DNA of 64,000 nt from Phycisphaerae bacterium (GTDB lineage Bacteria > Planctomycetota > Phycisphaerae > UBA1845), in contig CAXXGO010000006.1 in the NCBI GenBank assembly GCA_963666835.2, positions 64,001-128,000 of the forward strand, written 5' to 3'. Of this stretch, positions 1 to 8,969 are shown one piece after another; the stretch's first letter is position 1; every line of letters begins with the position of its first letter. The translations under genes and the position numbers were made by a program. Below the pieces are notes generated by a model. It ran no database searches. It had not been told where the DNA came from and saw only the letters and a program-made list of their open reading frames with translations.

Positions 1-852
1 ACGCAAAGCCAGCTCGAGCGGACTGTGGGCGTAAACCACAATCCCGAGCGGTTCGCCCCCACGGCCCTCGCGCAGCAGGAAGACCTTATCAACGAACCCC
101 AGCTCGTCCGCAGCACGATAATGCATCGCAGCAAACCCGGCATAGTCGCGCTTCGTCCCCGGCTCGATCCGCAAACGCCGCCGGAGCGAAAAGACCCGCC
201 CTGCCGACTGCTCTCCGGGAACAACCTGAACTCGACCTCGACCGACCAACCGAACGATCAGATGCGGTTGAAGATCGGATAGAATGTCGTCATTGCTGCA
301 CGCCACGACCGTGGCCGCGGGAAACACCGAGGCTACCCGGTGCAGGTTGAACGCTATCGCCCGCGCAACGCGGCGATGGAGGGTCGTGCAGAACTCATCG
401 CAGAGCAGCGGGGCCGCAGTGCCCGCGCGATCATGCCGGGCAAGTGCCCGGGCAAGTCGCGCCCGGAACCTCTCGCCCTCTGAAAGCTCGTAGAACCTCC
501 GCAGCCACAGGTGAGGCTCCCCGAGTCCGCAACGGGTGAGGATCGCGGCGGCCGTCCCAAGCGGCGCCCAAGGGGCGACGGCGTCTACGATAGCCGCATC
601 CGGCGGAAACCCCACCCGCTGGACCATACAAGTCGCAGCGAAGCGGTGGGCGATCTGATCGAGTAGGGTCGACTTGCCGCTTCCGGACGGGCCGAGGATC
701 AGCACGATCCGCCCCGGGCCGAGGGCGAGCCGAACCGGCTCGAGCACCGTAGCGGGCGCCGCCGCGAGCGGCACCCCAAAGCTCGAACCGATCTCGGCCG
801 TCCGCCGCGACGGCCTAGCCGGCCGCGACAGCCGAACGCAAGTGAACTCCAT
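1..852 (-). CDS. ABC-type ATPase fused to a predicted acetyltransferase domain (COG2401-like); 3' part runs off the window
   Basis: Absent from the ORF track. Manual translation from ATG at 852 stays open to base 1: Walker A GPSGSGKSTLL, ABC signature LSEGERFRARLARAL, Walker B LLCDEFC, then DYAGFAAMHYR...EPLGIVVY resembling the start of a GNAT/Mom-like domain. Confidence 0.8.
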   Translation of the reverse strand, partial: MEFTCVRLSRPARPSRRTAEIGSSFGVPLAAAPATVLEPVRLALGPGRIVLILGPSGSGKSTLLDQIAHRFAATCMVQRVGFPPDAAIVDAVAPWAPLGTAAAILTRCGLGEPHLWLRRFYELSEGERFRARLARALARHDRAGTAAPLLCDEFCTTLHRRVARAIAFNLHRVASVFPAATVVACSNDDILSDLQPHLIVRLVGRGRVQVVPGEQSAGRVFSLRRRLRIEPGTKRDYAGFAAMHYRAADELGFVDKVFLLREGRGGEPLGIVVYAHSPLELALR

Positions 853-1028
853 CCCGCTGCCGGTTGCGGATCCCGTCGCCCCGACCGTGTCAACGTAACT
901 CCCACCGCTTCGCATACGCTCCCCCCTCCGGAAAGAACCCCCAAGGCACGTCTTGCGAGCTCGGGCCACCCCGACCCAAGCCCGTTGTCGCCACGACCCC
1001 ACCGCGGCGAAGACCTAACAAAGCCCAA

Positions 1029-1058
1029 ACAATAACAGCCCCCAATATTGCCTGTCAA
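1029..1058 (-). promoter_or_regulatory. Putative sigma70 promoter for the ABC-ATPase/acetyltransferase gene
   Basis: Minus strand TTGACA (1058-1053), 18-bp spacer, TGn-TATTGT (1037-1029), in an AT-rich patch. Confidence 0.45.
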
Positions 1059-1644
1059 TACTAAAACAATAATTTCGCGGCGTTTCGAGCGGGCGAATCC
1101 GGGCTCGTCAGGAACACAGAGCGGATAATCCGGAATGTGGGAATTCGATCGTAAGTGCGTATGTGGAAACCGGTTATCTGCAAGGGCGAGTAGACCGCGA
1201 GATCCCTTCGGGGTGTTGCCCAGTCACGGGCGCCCCGGAAATGCACATTGAGCAGAGGCCGTGATCTGGCTCTGAACGCGTTCTGTCATCCGACCGGATC
1301 GACGGTAGCCGGAGGTCAAAGCCGCGCCTCCACGCACGGGCCAGATTCGCCGCAGACCCACTTTCGCCAAGCCGGCCGATCCGGACGCAACGGGAGCCGA
1401 CCTCACCGTGGTGTCAGTAGGTCGTCATTACGGCGGCCGGCGGTTGGCAGTTCTGCCACGCAATCCTGTCACCCAATCCGGTGGGGAACACGGCTCAGCC
1501 AGGTTGATCGGTGTAGCAGTCATAGACCGATAAGGTCAGTATCTGAAGGCGGTACCGTGGGGGCGGTCGTCCGTCATCGGATCGCGCTTCTTCTCACATC
1601 GCGCCGTGTTGCTTTGTTGTTGATGGCACAACGCCCCACGCTTC

Positions 1645-1673
1645 TTGACCGGCGTAGGGCGGTCTTCTACGAT
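1645..1673 (+). promoter_or_regulatory. Putative sigma70 promoter for the LKR-SDH operon
   Basis: TTGACC-N17-TACGAT. Confidence 0.45.
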
Positions 1674-1839
1674 CCTCGCCGGTATGGCGGGTCGCCGAGA
1701 CGCTGAGGGTTATTCGATGCGTCTGTTCGGAGGGGGGCCGGTAGCCGGAGCGAGGGGGTGCAGGCCCCGGCTTCGGCGACGTCCGCAGACCGTCCCGCCT
1801 CGATTAACTCCAAGAGTGTTTTACGAAGGCAGAGTCGCG

Positions 1840-3135
1840 ATGATCGGCATTCGCCATGAAGACAAGAACCGTTGGGAGGCCCGAGTTCCGCTCGTTCCTC
1901 AGGATATCGAAACCCTCATCCGTGACCATGCCCTGGAGTTTCGAATCCAGAGATCGCCGGTCCGGAAGTTCCCGGAGGCGGATTACACCAAAGCCGGCGC
2001 CACCGTCGTCGATGACCTGAACGACTGCCCCGTAGTCATCGGTGTAAAGGAAATACCGCCCGAGCAGTTCCTCCCTGAGCGAACGTACATGTTCTTCTCG
2101 CACACGATCAAGGGGCAGCCCGCGAACATGCCGGCTCTGCGGCGTTTGATGGAACTGAAATGCCAGCTCATCGACTACGAGAAGATCGTCGACGACCAGG
2201 GTCGGCGGCTGGTCTTCTTCGGCCGGTTCGCCGGGCTGGCCGGTATGATCGATGCGTTGTGGACGTTGGGACAGCGCTTGCAGCACGAAGGGATCGCCAG
2301 CCCCTTCGCTACGATTCGCCCGGCCCACGAATACAACAACCTCGAACACGCCCAGGCAGAGATCGCCAAGGTGGGCGAGAAGATCCGGGCGGACGGTCTT
2401 CCCGAGGCGTGTCGCCCGCTCGTTTGCGGGTTCACCGGCTACGGGCAGGTGTCACAGGGTGCCCAGCAGATCTTCGATCTTCTTCCGGTTGAGGAGGTAG
2501 CCCCGGGCGATCTGGCGAATCTGCCGGGGTCGGTGCAGGGATGTGTCAAGACGGTGTTCTACGAGAAGGACATGGTTGCTCGCGTCGATCAATCCGCCCC
2601 GTTCGAGCTGCAAGAGTATTACGACCATCCGGAGCGCTACCGCGGCAAGTTCGCCGATTTCGTGCCGCACCTGAGCATGTTGGTCAACGGCATTTACTGG
2701 GAACCGCGGTACCCGCGGCTTATTACCTGCGACTTACTCCGCGACCTGTTCGGAAAGCCCCAGCGCCCGCGGTTGCGCGTGATTGCCGACATCTCCGCGG
2801 ATATCGAAGGCTCGGTGGAGTGCATGGTCAAAGCTACGACATCGGACGAGCCTGTCTTCGTTTATGAACCGGCCACCGGGCAGGTGCGCGACGGGGTCGC
2901 TGGAAACGGTCCGGTGATCCTCGCGGTGGACAACCTGCCCTGCGAATTGCCGGTGGACGCTTCACAGTACTTCAGCCGGTCGCTGAGCCCCTTTATCCCG
3001 GCTCTGGACCGAACCGATTTCAGTGTGTCGCTGGCGGAGAGCGGGATGCCTCCGGAGCTTCAGCGGGCCACCATCCTCTATCATGGAGAGCTAACCGAGC
3101 CGTATCGTTACCTGGAGAAGTTCGTAAAGGATTAG
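1840..3135 (+). CDS. Lysine-ketoglutarate reductase (LKR-type domain, AlaDh/PNT fold)
   Basis: MIGIRHEDKNRWEARVPL, GVKEIP, FFSHTIKGQPANM, LIDYE, FTGYGQVSQGA, GIYW, DISAD, VDNLPCELP motifs match the LKR half of aminoadipic semialdehyde synthase. Start reassigned to ATG 1840. Confidence 0.88.
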   Translation: MIGIRHEDKNRWEARVPLVPQDIETLIRDHALEFRIQRSPVRKFPEADYTKAGATVVDDLNDCPVVIGVKEIPPEQFLPERTYMFFSHTIKGQPANMPALRRLMELKCQLIDYEKIVDDQGRRLVFFGRFAGLAGMIDALWTLGQRLQHEGIASPFATIRPAHEYNNLEHAQAEIAKVGEKIRADGLPEACRPLVCGFTGYGQVSQGAQQIFDLLPVEEVAPGDLANLPGSVQGCVKTVFYEKDMVARVDQSAPFELQEYYDHPERYRGKFADFVPHLSMLVNGIYWEPRYPRLITCDLLRDLFGKPQRPRLRVIADISADIEGSVECMVKATTSDEPVFVYEPATGQVRDGVAGNGPVILAVDNLPCELPVDASQYFSRSLSPFIPALDRTDFSVSLAESGMPPELQRATILYHGELTEPYRYLEKFVKD

Positions 3136-3242
3136 TCTACCCCGCAACGGTGCGATCGGCTCTGGCCTCAGAGCAGTTCCCACTATAGGCTTCCGGCTTG
3201 GCGGTGTACCGTTGCGATTGCGTGAATGCAGGAGAAGATCTT

Positions 3243-4574
3243 ATGAAGAAGGTTCTGGTTCTTGGTGCCGGGCTCGTTACTCGCCCGTTAGTTCGCTATT
3301 TGCTCGATCAACCGGATTTCCACGTGACGGTCGCCAGCCGAACCGTCAGCAAGGCGGAGAAGCTGATCGACGGCCATCCCAAAGGCACGGCGCTTCCGCT
3401 TCTGGCGAATGACACCGCCAAGCTCGACAAGCTCGTCAGCGAGCACGACCTGGCAATAAGTCTGCTGCCGGCGCCGCTTCACCCGGTGGTGGCCGAGATG
3501 TGTATCAAGCACAAGAAACACATGGTCACGACCTCATACGTCAGCCCGACCATGAAGGCTCTGGACGGTCCCGCCCGCGATGCCGGCGTTATGATCCTCA
3601 ACGAGATCGGCGTGGACCCGGGTATCGACCACATGTCCGCAATGCGGATCATCGACGACGTAAGGAAGCGCGGCGGTAAGGTCACCCACTTCAAATCGTA
3701 TTGCGGCGGACTGCCCGCACCGGAGTGCAACGATAACCCCTTCGGATACAAGTTCTCGTGGAGCCCGCGGGCGGTCTGCACGGCCGGCAAGAACGACGGG
3801 CGGTTCCGGGAAGACGGTAAGCAGGTCGACGTTCCCGGTGTTGATCTGTTCACGTGCAACCATCGCGTGCAGGTGGACGGCGTAGGCGAGCTGGAAGCGT
3901 ATCCGAACCGGGATTCGCTGGGCTACATCGACGTCTACGGTCTCGAAGGGATCGAGACTATGTTCCGCGGGACATTCCGTTACGTCGGATGGTGCGAGAC
4001 GCTCAAGAAGGTCGTCGACCTCGGCATGCTCGATGAGACGCCCGTCACCTACCCGGCCGGGACAACCTATGCGAAGTACATGGGCACGCTGCTCAAGGGC
4101 GCTCCTTCGGGCGACATCCGCAAGGACGTGGCCGCAGCGGTGAACCTGGACCCGGCCTCGCCGATTCTCGATCGGCTCGAGTGGCTCGGGCTGTTCTCCG
4201 ACGACGTGATCGCCATCACCGGAGAGGAGACGACCGCTCTGGACGTGCTCAGCGCCCGGCTGCTGGAGAAGATGCCCTACAAGCCCGGCGAGCGGGACAT
4301 GATTGCGCTGTGCCATTACTTTACGGCGAAGTTCCCGGACGGCGCGGAAGAGAAGATCACCTCGACGATGATCGACTACGGTCAGGAGAACGGTGATTCT
4401 TCGATGGCGCGCACGGTTAGCCTGCCGGCCGCGATAGCTACGAATCTGATTCTGACCGGGAAGATGATGAAGCCGGGCGTCCATATCCCGGTGACACCGG
4501 ACCTGTACAACCCGGTCCTCGACGAGCTGGCCACCATGGACATCAAGTGCGTGGAGAAAACCAGCCGCGCGTAA
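3243..4574 (+). CDS. Saccharopine dehydrogenase (glutamate-forming, SDH/Lys9-like)
   Basis: KKVLVLGAGLV Rossmann motif, TTSYVS, NEIGVDPGIDHM, SYCGGLPAPE, YKFSWSP, EAYPNRDS, SMARTV; GGAG RBS before ATG 3243. Confidence 0.92.
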   Translation: MKKVLVLGAGLVTRPLVRYLLDQPDFHVTVASRTVSKAEKLIDGHPKGTALPLLANDTAKLDKLVSEHDLAISLLPAPLHPVVAEMCIKHKKHMVTTSYVSPTMKALDGPARDAGVMILNEIGVDPGIDHMSAMRIIDDVRKRGGKVTHFKSYCGGLPAPECNDNPFGYKFSWSPRAVCTAGKNDGRFREDGKQVDVPGVDLFTCNHRVQVDGVGELEAYPNRDSLGYIDVYGLEGIETMFRGTFRYVGWCETLKKVVDLGMLDETPVTYPAGTTYAKYMGTLLKGAPSGDIRKDVAAAVNLDPASPILDRLEWLGLFSDDVIAITGEETTALDVLSARLLEKMPYKPGERDMIALCHYFTAKFPDGAEEKITSTMIDYGQENGDSSMARTVSLPAAIATNLILTGKMMKPGVHIPVTPDLYNPVLDELATMDIKCVEKTSRA

Positions 4575-4674
4575 CAATCAACTCGCCCCGCTTCAACCGG
4601 TGAGGTGCGCGGAGGCAAACGGCTCAATTGGGATGTTGCCGAACTGCGGTTCCCAAGACGAGCCGGCTGGTAAA

Positions 4675-4717
4675 CGAGGGAGGATCGAGCGGCCAACCGC
4701 CGCTCGATCCTCCCTCG
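4675..4717. terminator. 19-bp perfect hairpin between convergent genes (probable bidirectional terminator)
   Basis: CGAGGGAGGATCGAGCGGC-CAACC-GCCGCTCGATCCTCCCTCG. Confidence 0.6.
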
Positions 4718-4736
4718 GTTCATTCGGGCGCCGGTC

Positions 4737-7271
4737 CTACGGGCAGTCCATCGGGTCGCTGTAGGGATACGGATCGCCCTGGAACGCTTGCGCGATCCGC
4801 ATTATGTCGGTCATGTTGAGTACGAAGTTGGGCACCTCCGGGTCGACGTCTACCCAAAGCAGGTCCGGGGCGGTCTCGGCCGCCTGGAACCTCTGCACGG
4901 CCGCCATGATGTCGTCCATGCTGACGATCCCGTTCGGCACCGTCCACCGCGTCCCGTCGAAGTTCCCCACGACGTCGGCCCAGTGCTTCGGCGCAGGGCG
5001 ACCTACCGTGACCACCACCGCCGGGTCCCCGAACGCGATCCCGTCTTCAGTAGCCCGGATCTCATAGGCGGATCCCGCGGCGATTTCGCAATCGCCCACG
5101 TGTACAGTCCCCTCATCCCAAACACGATAAACCGGAGCATCGACTACCAGTGCGATATCATCATCATTCGGCTCCCCGATCCATCCGAGCACTCCGGTCG
5201 ACGACGGAAAGTGCTCGCTGGCGGTCATCTCTACGCGCAGGGCGACCGGATCGGTATCACTGGGGGCGATCGAGATGTAGCGGTTCTTTTTACCACCAGC
5301 AAGCACCGTCAACGTCACGGGCAAAGAGACGCGCATGGGTATCAGGAAGCTGCCCGAATCAGCCGCGAAGCTCTGCCCGCTGTCAGGGTCGATCGCAATC
5401 TCAAAGGTCGTACCGGCCGTTGCATCAGGTGAAACGTGCAACGTGAAGTCGCCGATATACCTCGGCTCACTTCCGACGGTGACGAAGCTGGTAAGCGCCG
5501 CGGCACCGATCTGGGAGAAATCGCACGCCGCTACCGGCAAGGAGTCGATGCCGCTGAAGACATAATCGGGCCGGGTATCGTCAACCTGAGCTCCGGTCGG
5601 GCAATCGAGCGTGACCGAGCCTTCTCCGGAGGTGCGGGTGATCATGAGCGTCGCCTGATACCCCGCCAGATCGCCGAGTTCTTCCACAAACAGCTCAACC
5701 GGGATTTCCGTGTCGGGCGGTGCGGCCGTAGTCTCCAGTTCGAAGGTCATCAGGGCGTCCACCGGCTCGCAGGCCGGATCCGGCGGGCACCCGGTGCCGT
5801 GCCCGGAGTAGATCCCCGGAGCCACAACGCAATCCAGGTCGGTCAACACCACGCACGAGCCGTCTGCCATGCAACATGCTCCGGGCTCCTTGATGGTCAC
5901 CTCGATCTCGTACAACTGGGTTTCGGTGGGGGCGCCCTCTTCGTACACCCGAATGTAGTAATCTCCCGGGGCGGGCAGAATGACATCCGTAAGCGTCTCG
6001 GCAATCCCCATGTTCTGCGAATCGGCCGTGGCCAGGACCGTCTCTCCGTCCGTATCGACCACCTGCATGTTCAGATTGGCGACCCGGTAGCTGTCGACGT
6101 AGTTGCAGCACGTGCAGCCGCTGGATTCTTCCGGGCTCGAGTCGTAGTGCCGGCCCATCGGGGTCAATGTGAAGCTGGCGGCCGTCTGCTCCCCGGTAAC
6201 CGTGAACCGGAACCAATCCTCTTCGCCGTTACCGTCGATACTGGCGAGCGAACTGTCGGGGATACTGGGCGAGGGAACCTCACCTATAATCAAAGGTGTT
6301 CCCAACTCCGCCGTGCCGACGTAGGCGGCGTCAACGGCCGAGTCGATATCCTCGAACGGGTCTCCGTACTGGCGCTGGCCCGCCCGCAAGTCATCATGCT
6401 GGGGACCATCGAACGTTGTGTTGACATACGGCTCCATGAGCTGGTTCGTGTTGTCCGAGCACACATGCTGGAAACCGAGACCGTGTCCGTGTTCATGGGT
6501 GACGACGTTGCGGAGATAGCGGTAGTTGTTGGAGGTCGATCCCCACCCCTCGTTACGATCAATCACCATATCGCCGTTGGACGGGAAGAAGTTGTACGCC
6601 AAGACGCTGCTGCCTCCGTCAATGTAGCGCATGCTGATTCGGACATCGCCGCGAGTAGAGCTGCCGCTCGAGCCCCACGCCGCCCCATCGTCCCAGTCCT
6701 CGCCACCATACGTAATCCTCGTATACGACATCCCGGTGAGCTCCTCCCACCGCGCAAAGCAGCTCTCGATCAAACTGATCCACAACGCTCGGTTGCCGTT
6801 GAAGAGCGTGTCCATACGGCTGAACAGCTCGCTCGGAGCGCTATTCCCGTTATTGTCCCATGATCCGGCCGGGGTGATCGTGGTTCCATCCGGTACGAAG
6901 CTCCACCGCAGTTCGCGCGGCGTGCCGCGGAGTCCGGACCATCGCCCGCCGACAAAGTACTTCGACCCGTCCGGAGGGCTTCGGACCTCTTCATAGACGG
7001 CCGTGACGATGTCCTTGGGCGTTCCGGGGGCGAAGCACACGGCCAGGGGTGCATCGAGCCCCGAGCCGGCATCCGCCAGGGGTCCCGAGATGTCGGAAGA
7101 CGCCCACGACACCATCGGAATCCCGTAAGCGTCCTTCGCAGCGCTCAATTCGCTCACCCGATTCGCGTCCCCCTTGAGGGACACGTCGGAATTACCGCCG
7201 CACAAAACCACCGCGCTTGCTGACGCAAGCAGGACCATTACCGCTGCCCCGGATTTCCTGGAGACTGCCAT
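4737..7271 (-). CDS. Secreted matrixin-family (M10) metalloprotease with PPC-like, cohesin-like and dockerin-like domains
   Basis: Signal peptide; zinc motif HEHGHGLGFQH with Met-turn LMEP; two EF-hand-like repeats at the C-terminus. Confidence 0.85.
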   Translation of the reverse strand: MAVSRKSGAAVMVLLASASAVVLCGGNSDVSLKGDANRVSELSAAKDAYGIPMVSWASSDISGPLADAGSGLDAPLAVCFAPGTPKDIVTAVYEEVRSPPDGSKYFVGGRWSGLRGTPRELRWSFVPDGTTITPAGSWDNNGNSAPSELFSRMDTLFNGNRALWISLIESCFARWEELTGMSYTRITYGGEDWDDGAAWGSSGSSTRGDVRISMRYIDGGSSVLAYNFFPSNGDMVIDRNEGWGSTSNNYRYLRNVVTHEHGHGLGFQHVCSDNTNQLMEPYVNTTFDGPQHDDLRAGQRQYGDPFEDIDSAVDAAYVGTAELGTPLIIGEVPSPSIPDSSLASIDGNGEEDWFRFTVTGEQTAASFTLTPMGRHYDSSPEESSGCTCCNYVDSYRVANLNMQVVDTDGETVLATADSQNMGIAETLTDVILPAPGDYYIRVYEEGAPTETQLYEIEVTIKEPGACCMADGSCVVLTDLDCVVAPGIYSGHGTGCPPDPACEPVDALMTFELETTAAPPDTEIPVELFVEELGDLAGYQATLMITRTSGEGSVTLDCPTGAQVDDTRPDYVFSGIDSLPVAACDFSQIGAAALTSFVTVGSEPRYIGDFTLHVSPDATAGTTFEIAIDPDSGQSFAADSGSFLIPMRVSLPVTLTVLAGGKKNRYISIAPSDTDPVALRVEMTASEHFPSSTGVLGWIGEPNDDDIALVVDAPVYRVWDEGTVHVGDCEIAAGSAYEIRATEDGIAFGDPAVVVTVGRPAPKHWADVVGNFDGTRWTVPNGIVSMDDIMAAVQRFQAAETAPDLLWVDVDPEVPNFVLNMTDIMRIAQAFQGDPYPYSDPMDCP

Positions 7272-7456
7272 ATCAACTCCTCTCTTAAAACGGTCGCCCC
7301 CGCCCGGCCGATCAGATACCGCTCAACAGAATCGCCTTATCCCATGTTACAAGGCTCGCGTTCGCGAATCCTGACATTTCTGCCCCGCAGAATTGTGTGT
7401 TTTCGTCCGATATCGCATTCGGACGTTCCGCCGCTCGTGTGTCACGCGAAGACCCC

Positions 7457-8596
7457 GTAGGGCATGGTCGAGGAACGAGACCTGCCGCGGTGGTCGATAC
7501 CTGATCATCGGCTCACCCACGTCCGGCAGGAATAGCGGGTGTAGGGCATGGTCGAGGAACGAGACCTGCCGTTGGTCTTCGTGCAATGTGCGGCTTCGAT
7601 GGCAGGTCTCGTACCTCGACCGTGCCCTACGAGGGTGACAATCGGGTGTCATGGGGCAACGTGTTGACCCGTGGAGCTTGACGCGATGCATGACTCCACG
7701 GGCAAGCTGGAACGGTCCATACCCCGAACGCGAGATCTTCGTGCAATGTGCGGCTTCGATGGCAGGTCTCGTACCTCGACCGTGCCCTACGAGGGTGACA
7801 ATCGGGTGTCATGGGGCAACGTGTTGACCCGTGGAGCTTGACGCGATGCATGACTCCACGGGCAAGCTGGAACGGTCCATGCCCCGAACGCGAAATCTTC
7901 GTGCAATGTGCGGCTTCTATGGCAGGTCTCGTACCTCGACCGTGCCCTACGCGGGATGCCAACCATGTGGCAACGCCGGTTCTGCACTGCTCAAAAGCAG
8001 TGGCACATCGGCCGGGGTGAAGCCCCTTGGGGCGACAGGTCCTTTTAGCCCCACGGCGTAAGCCTGGGGAAACTGTGCGGCTGCTTCACACCAAGCCCTT
8101 TGCGGGCGGCAGAAGGCGTCGGGGTTTGGATCGGACGCCGGTGATTCCACATCGCACCAGGGCACGGTGGCGACGGCCGGGACCTCTTCGATTATTGAGG
8201 TGCCGCCCCTGGCGGGGCTGGGGTTGACGTGCGACTCGATCCCGCGGCTGACGCCGCGGGCTAGGCAGAGCTGCCGCCCTGGCGGGCTAATCCCGCGAGA
8301 CACGCGAGTGTAGGGCGTGGTCGAGGAACGAGACCTGCCGCAATGGTCGATACCTGATCATCGGCTCACCCACGTCCGGCAGGAATAGCGGGTGTAGGGC
8401 ATGGTCGAGGAACGAGACCTGCCGCGGTGGTCGACGCCCGATCATCGGCTCACCCACGTCCGGCAGGAATAGCGAGTGTAGGGCATGGTCGAGGAACGAG
8501 ACCTGCCGCGGTGGTCGGTACCTGATCATCGGCTCACCCACGTCCGGCAGGAATAGCGGGTGTAGGGCATGGTCGAGGAACGAGACCGTGCCCTAC
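7457..8596. repeat. BIME-like mosaic of REP-like hairpins (84-bp and 160-bp tandem units plus a ~300-bp dispersed element)
   Basis: GTAGGGCAyGGTCGAGGnACGAGACCTGCC at 7457, 7541, 8310, 8394, 8478, 8562 (84-bp period) and inverted in 160-bp units starting 7581, 7741, 7901. Confidence 0.9.
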
Positions 8597-8969
8597 GGAA
8601 AGCAGATCGAGCGTCATCAGGATTGGGGCGTTGGTCATCGGCCTTCCGGCGATGTTCAGCGTCGCCGCCAAAGGGGAACCAAGAGCGCACGGCGGCTCTC
8701 CCGACGGGACCGCACAGGTTCGAACATGTAAGTAGTCGTAATATTCGTTGTCTCGGCGTATATGCGGACCTATGCTCTAGCGTTCGTTGGGGGCGGTAAT
8801 TATGGGGTGGCGTCACCGATCAGGATGTCGATGGTAAGCCGGTGCCTGCGGACTGCAGATATCATCCGTAGTGGTTCGACGCTGGGTGTGTGCGCATCTC
8901 GGCGCTGGGATGCCCTGAACCAACGCGCAAAGCCGGGCTGAGCCGCGGGGCCGCCCCGCATGGGGAGGA

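Noticed and set aside
1240..1640. Lysine riboswitch or small gene upstream of LKR
   Set aside because: Only a fragmentary AGAGG match without the rest of the consensus; the ORFs here look non-coding.
1645..1839. 65-aa N-terminal extension of LKR in the ORF track
   Set aside because: The TTG start coincides with a -35 box, and family similarity begins at MIGIRHEDK (1840).
8310..8596. CRISPR array (30-bp repeat at 84-bp period)
   Set aside because: The intervening sequences are near-identical rather than unique spacers, the repeat is dispersed in both orientations across the window, and no cas genes are present.
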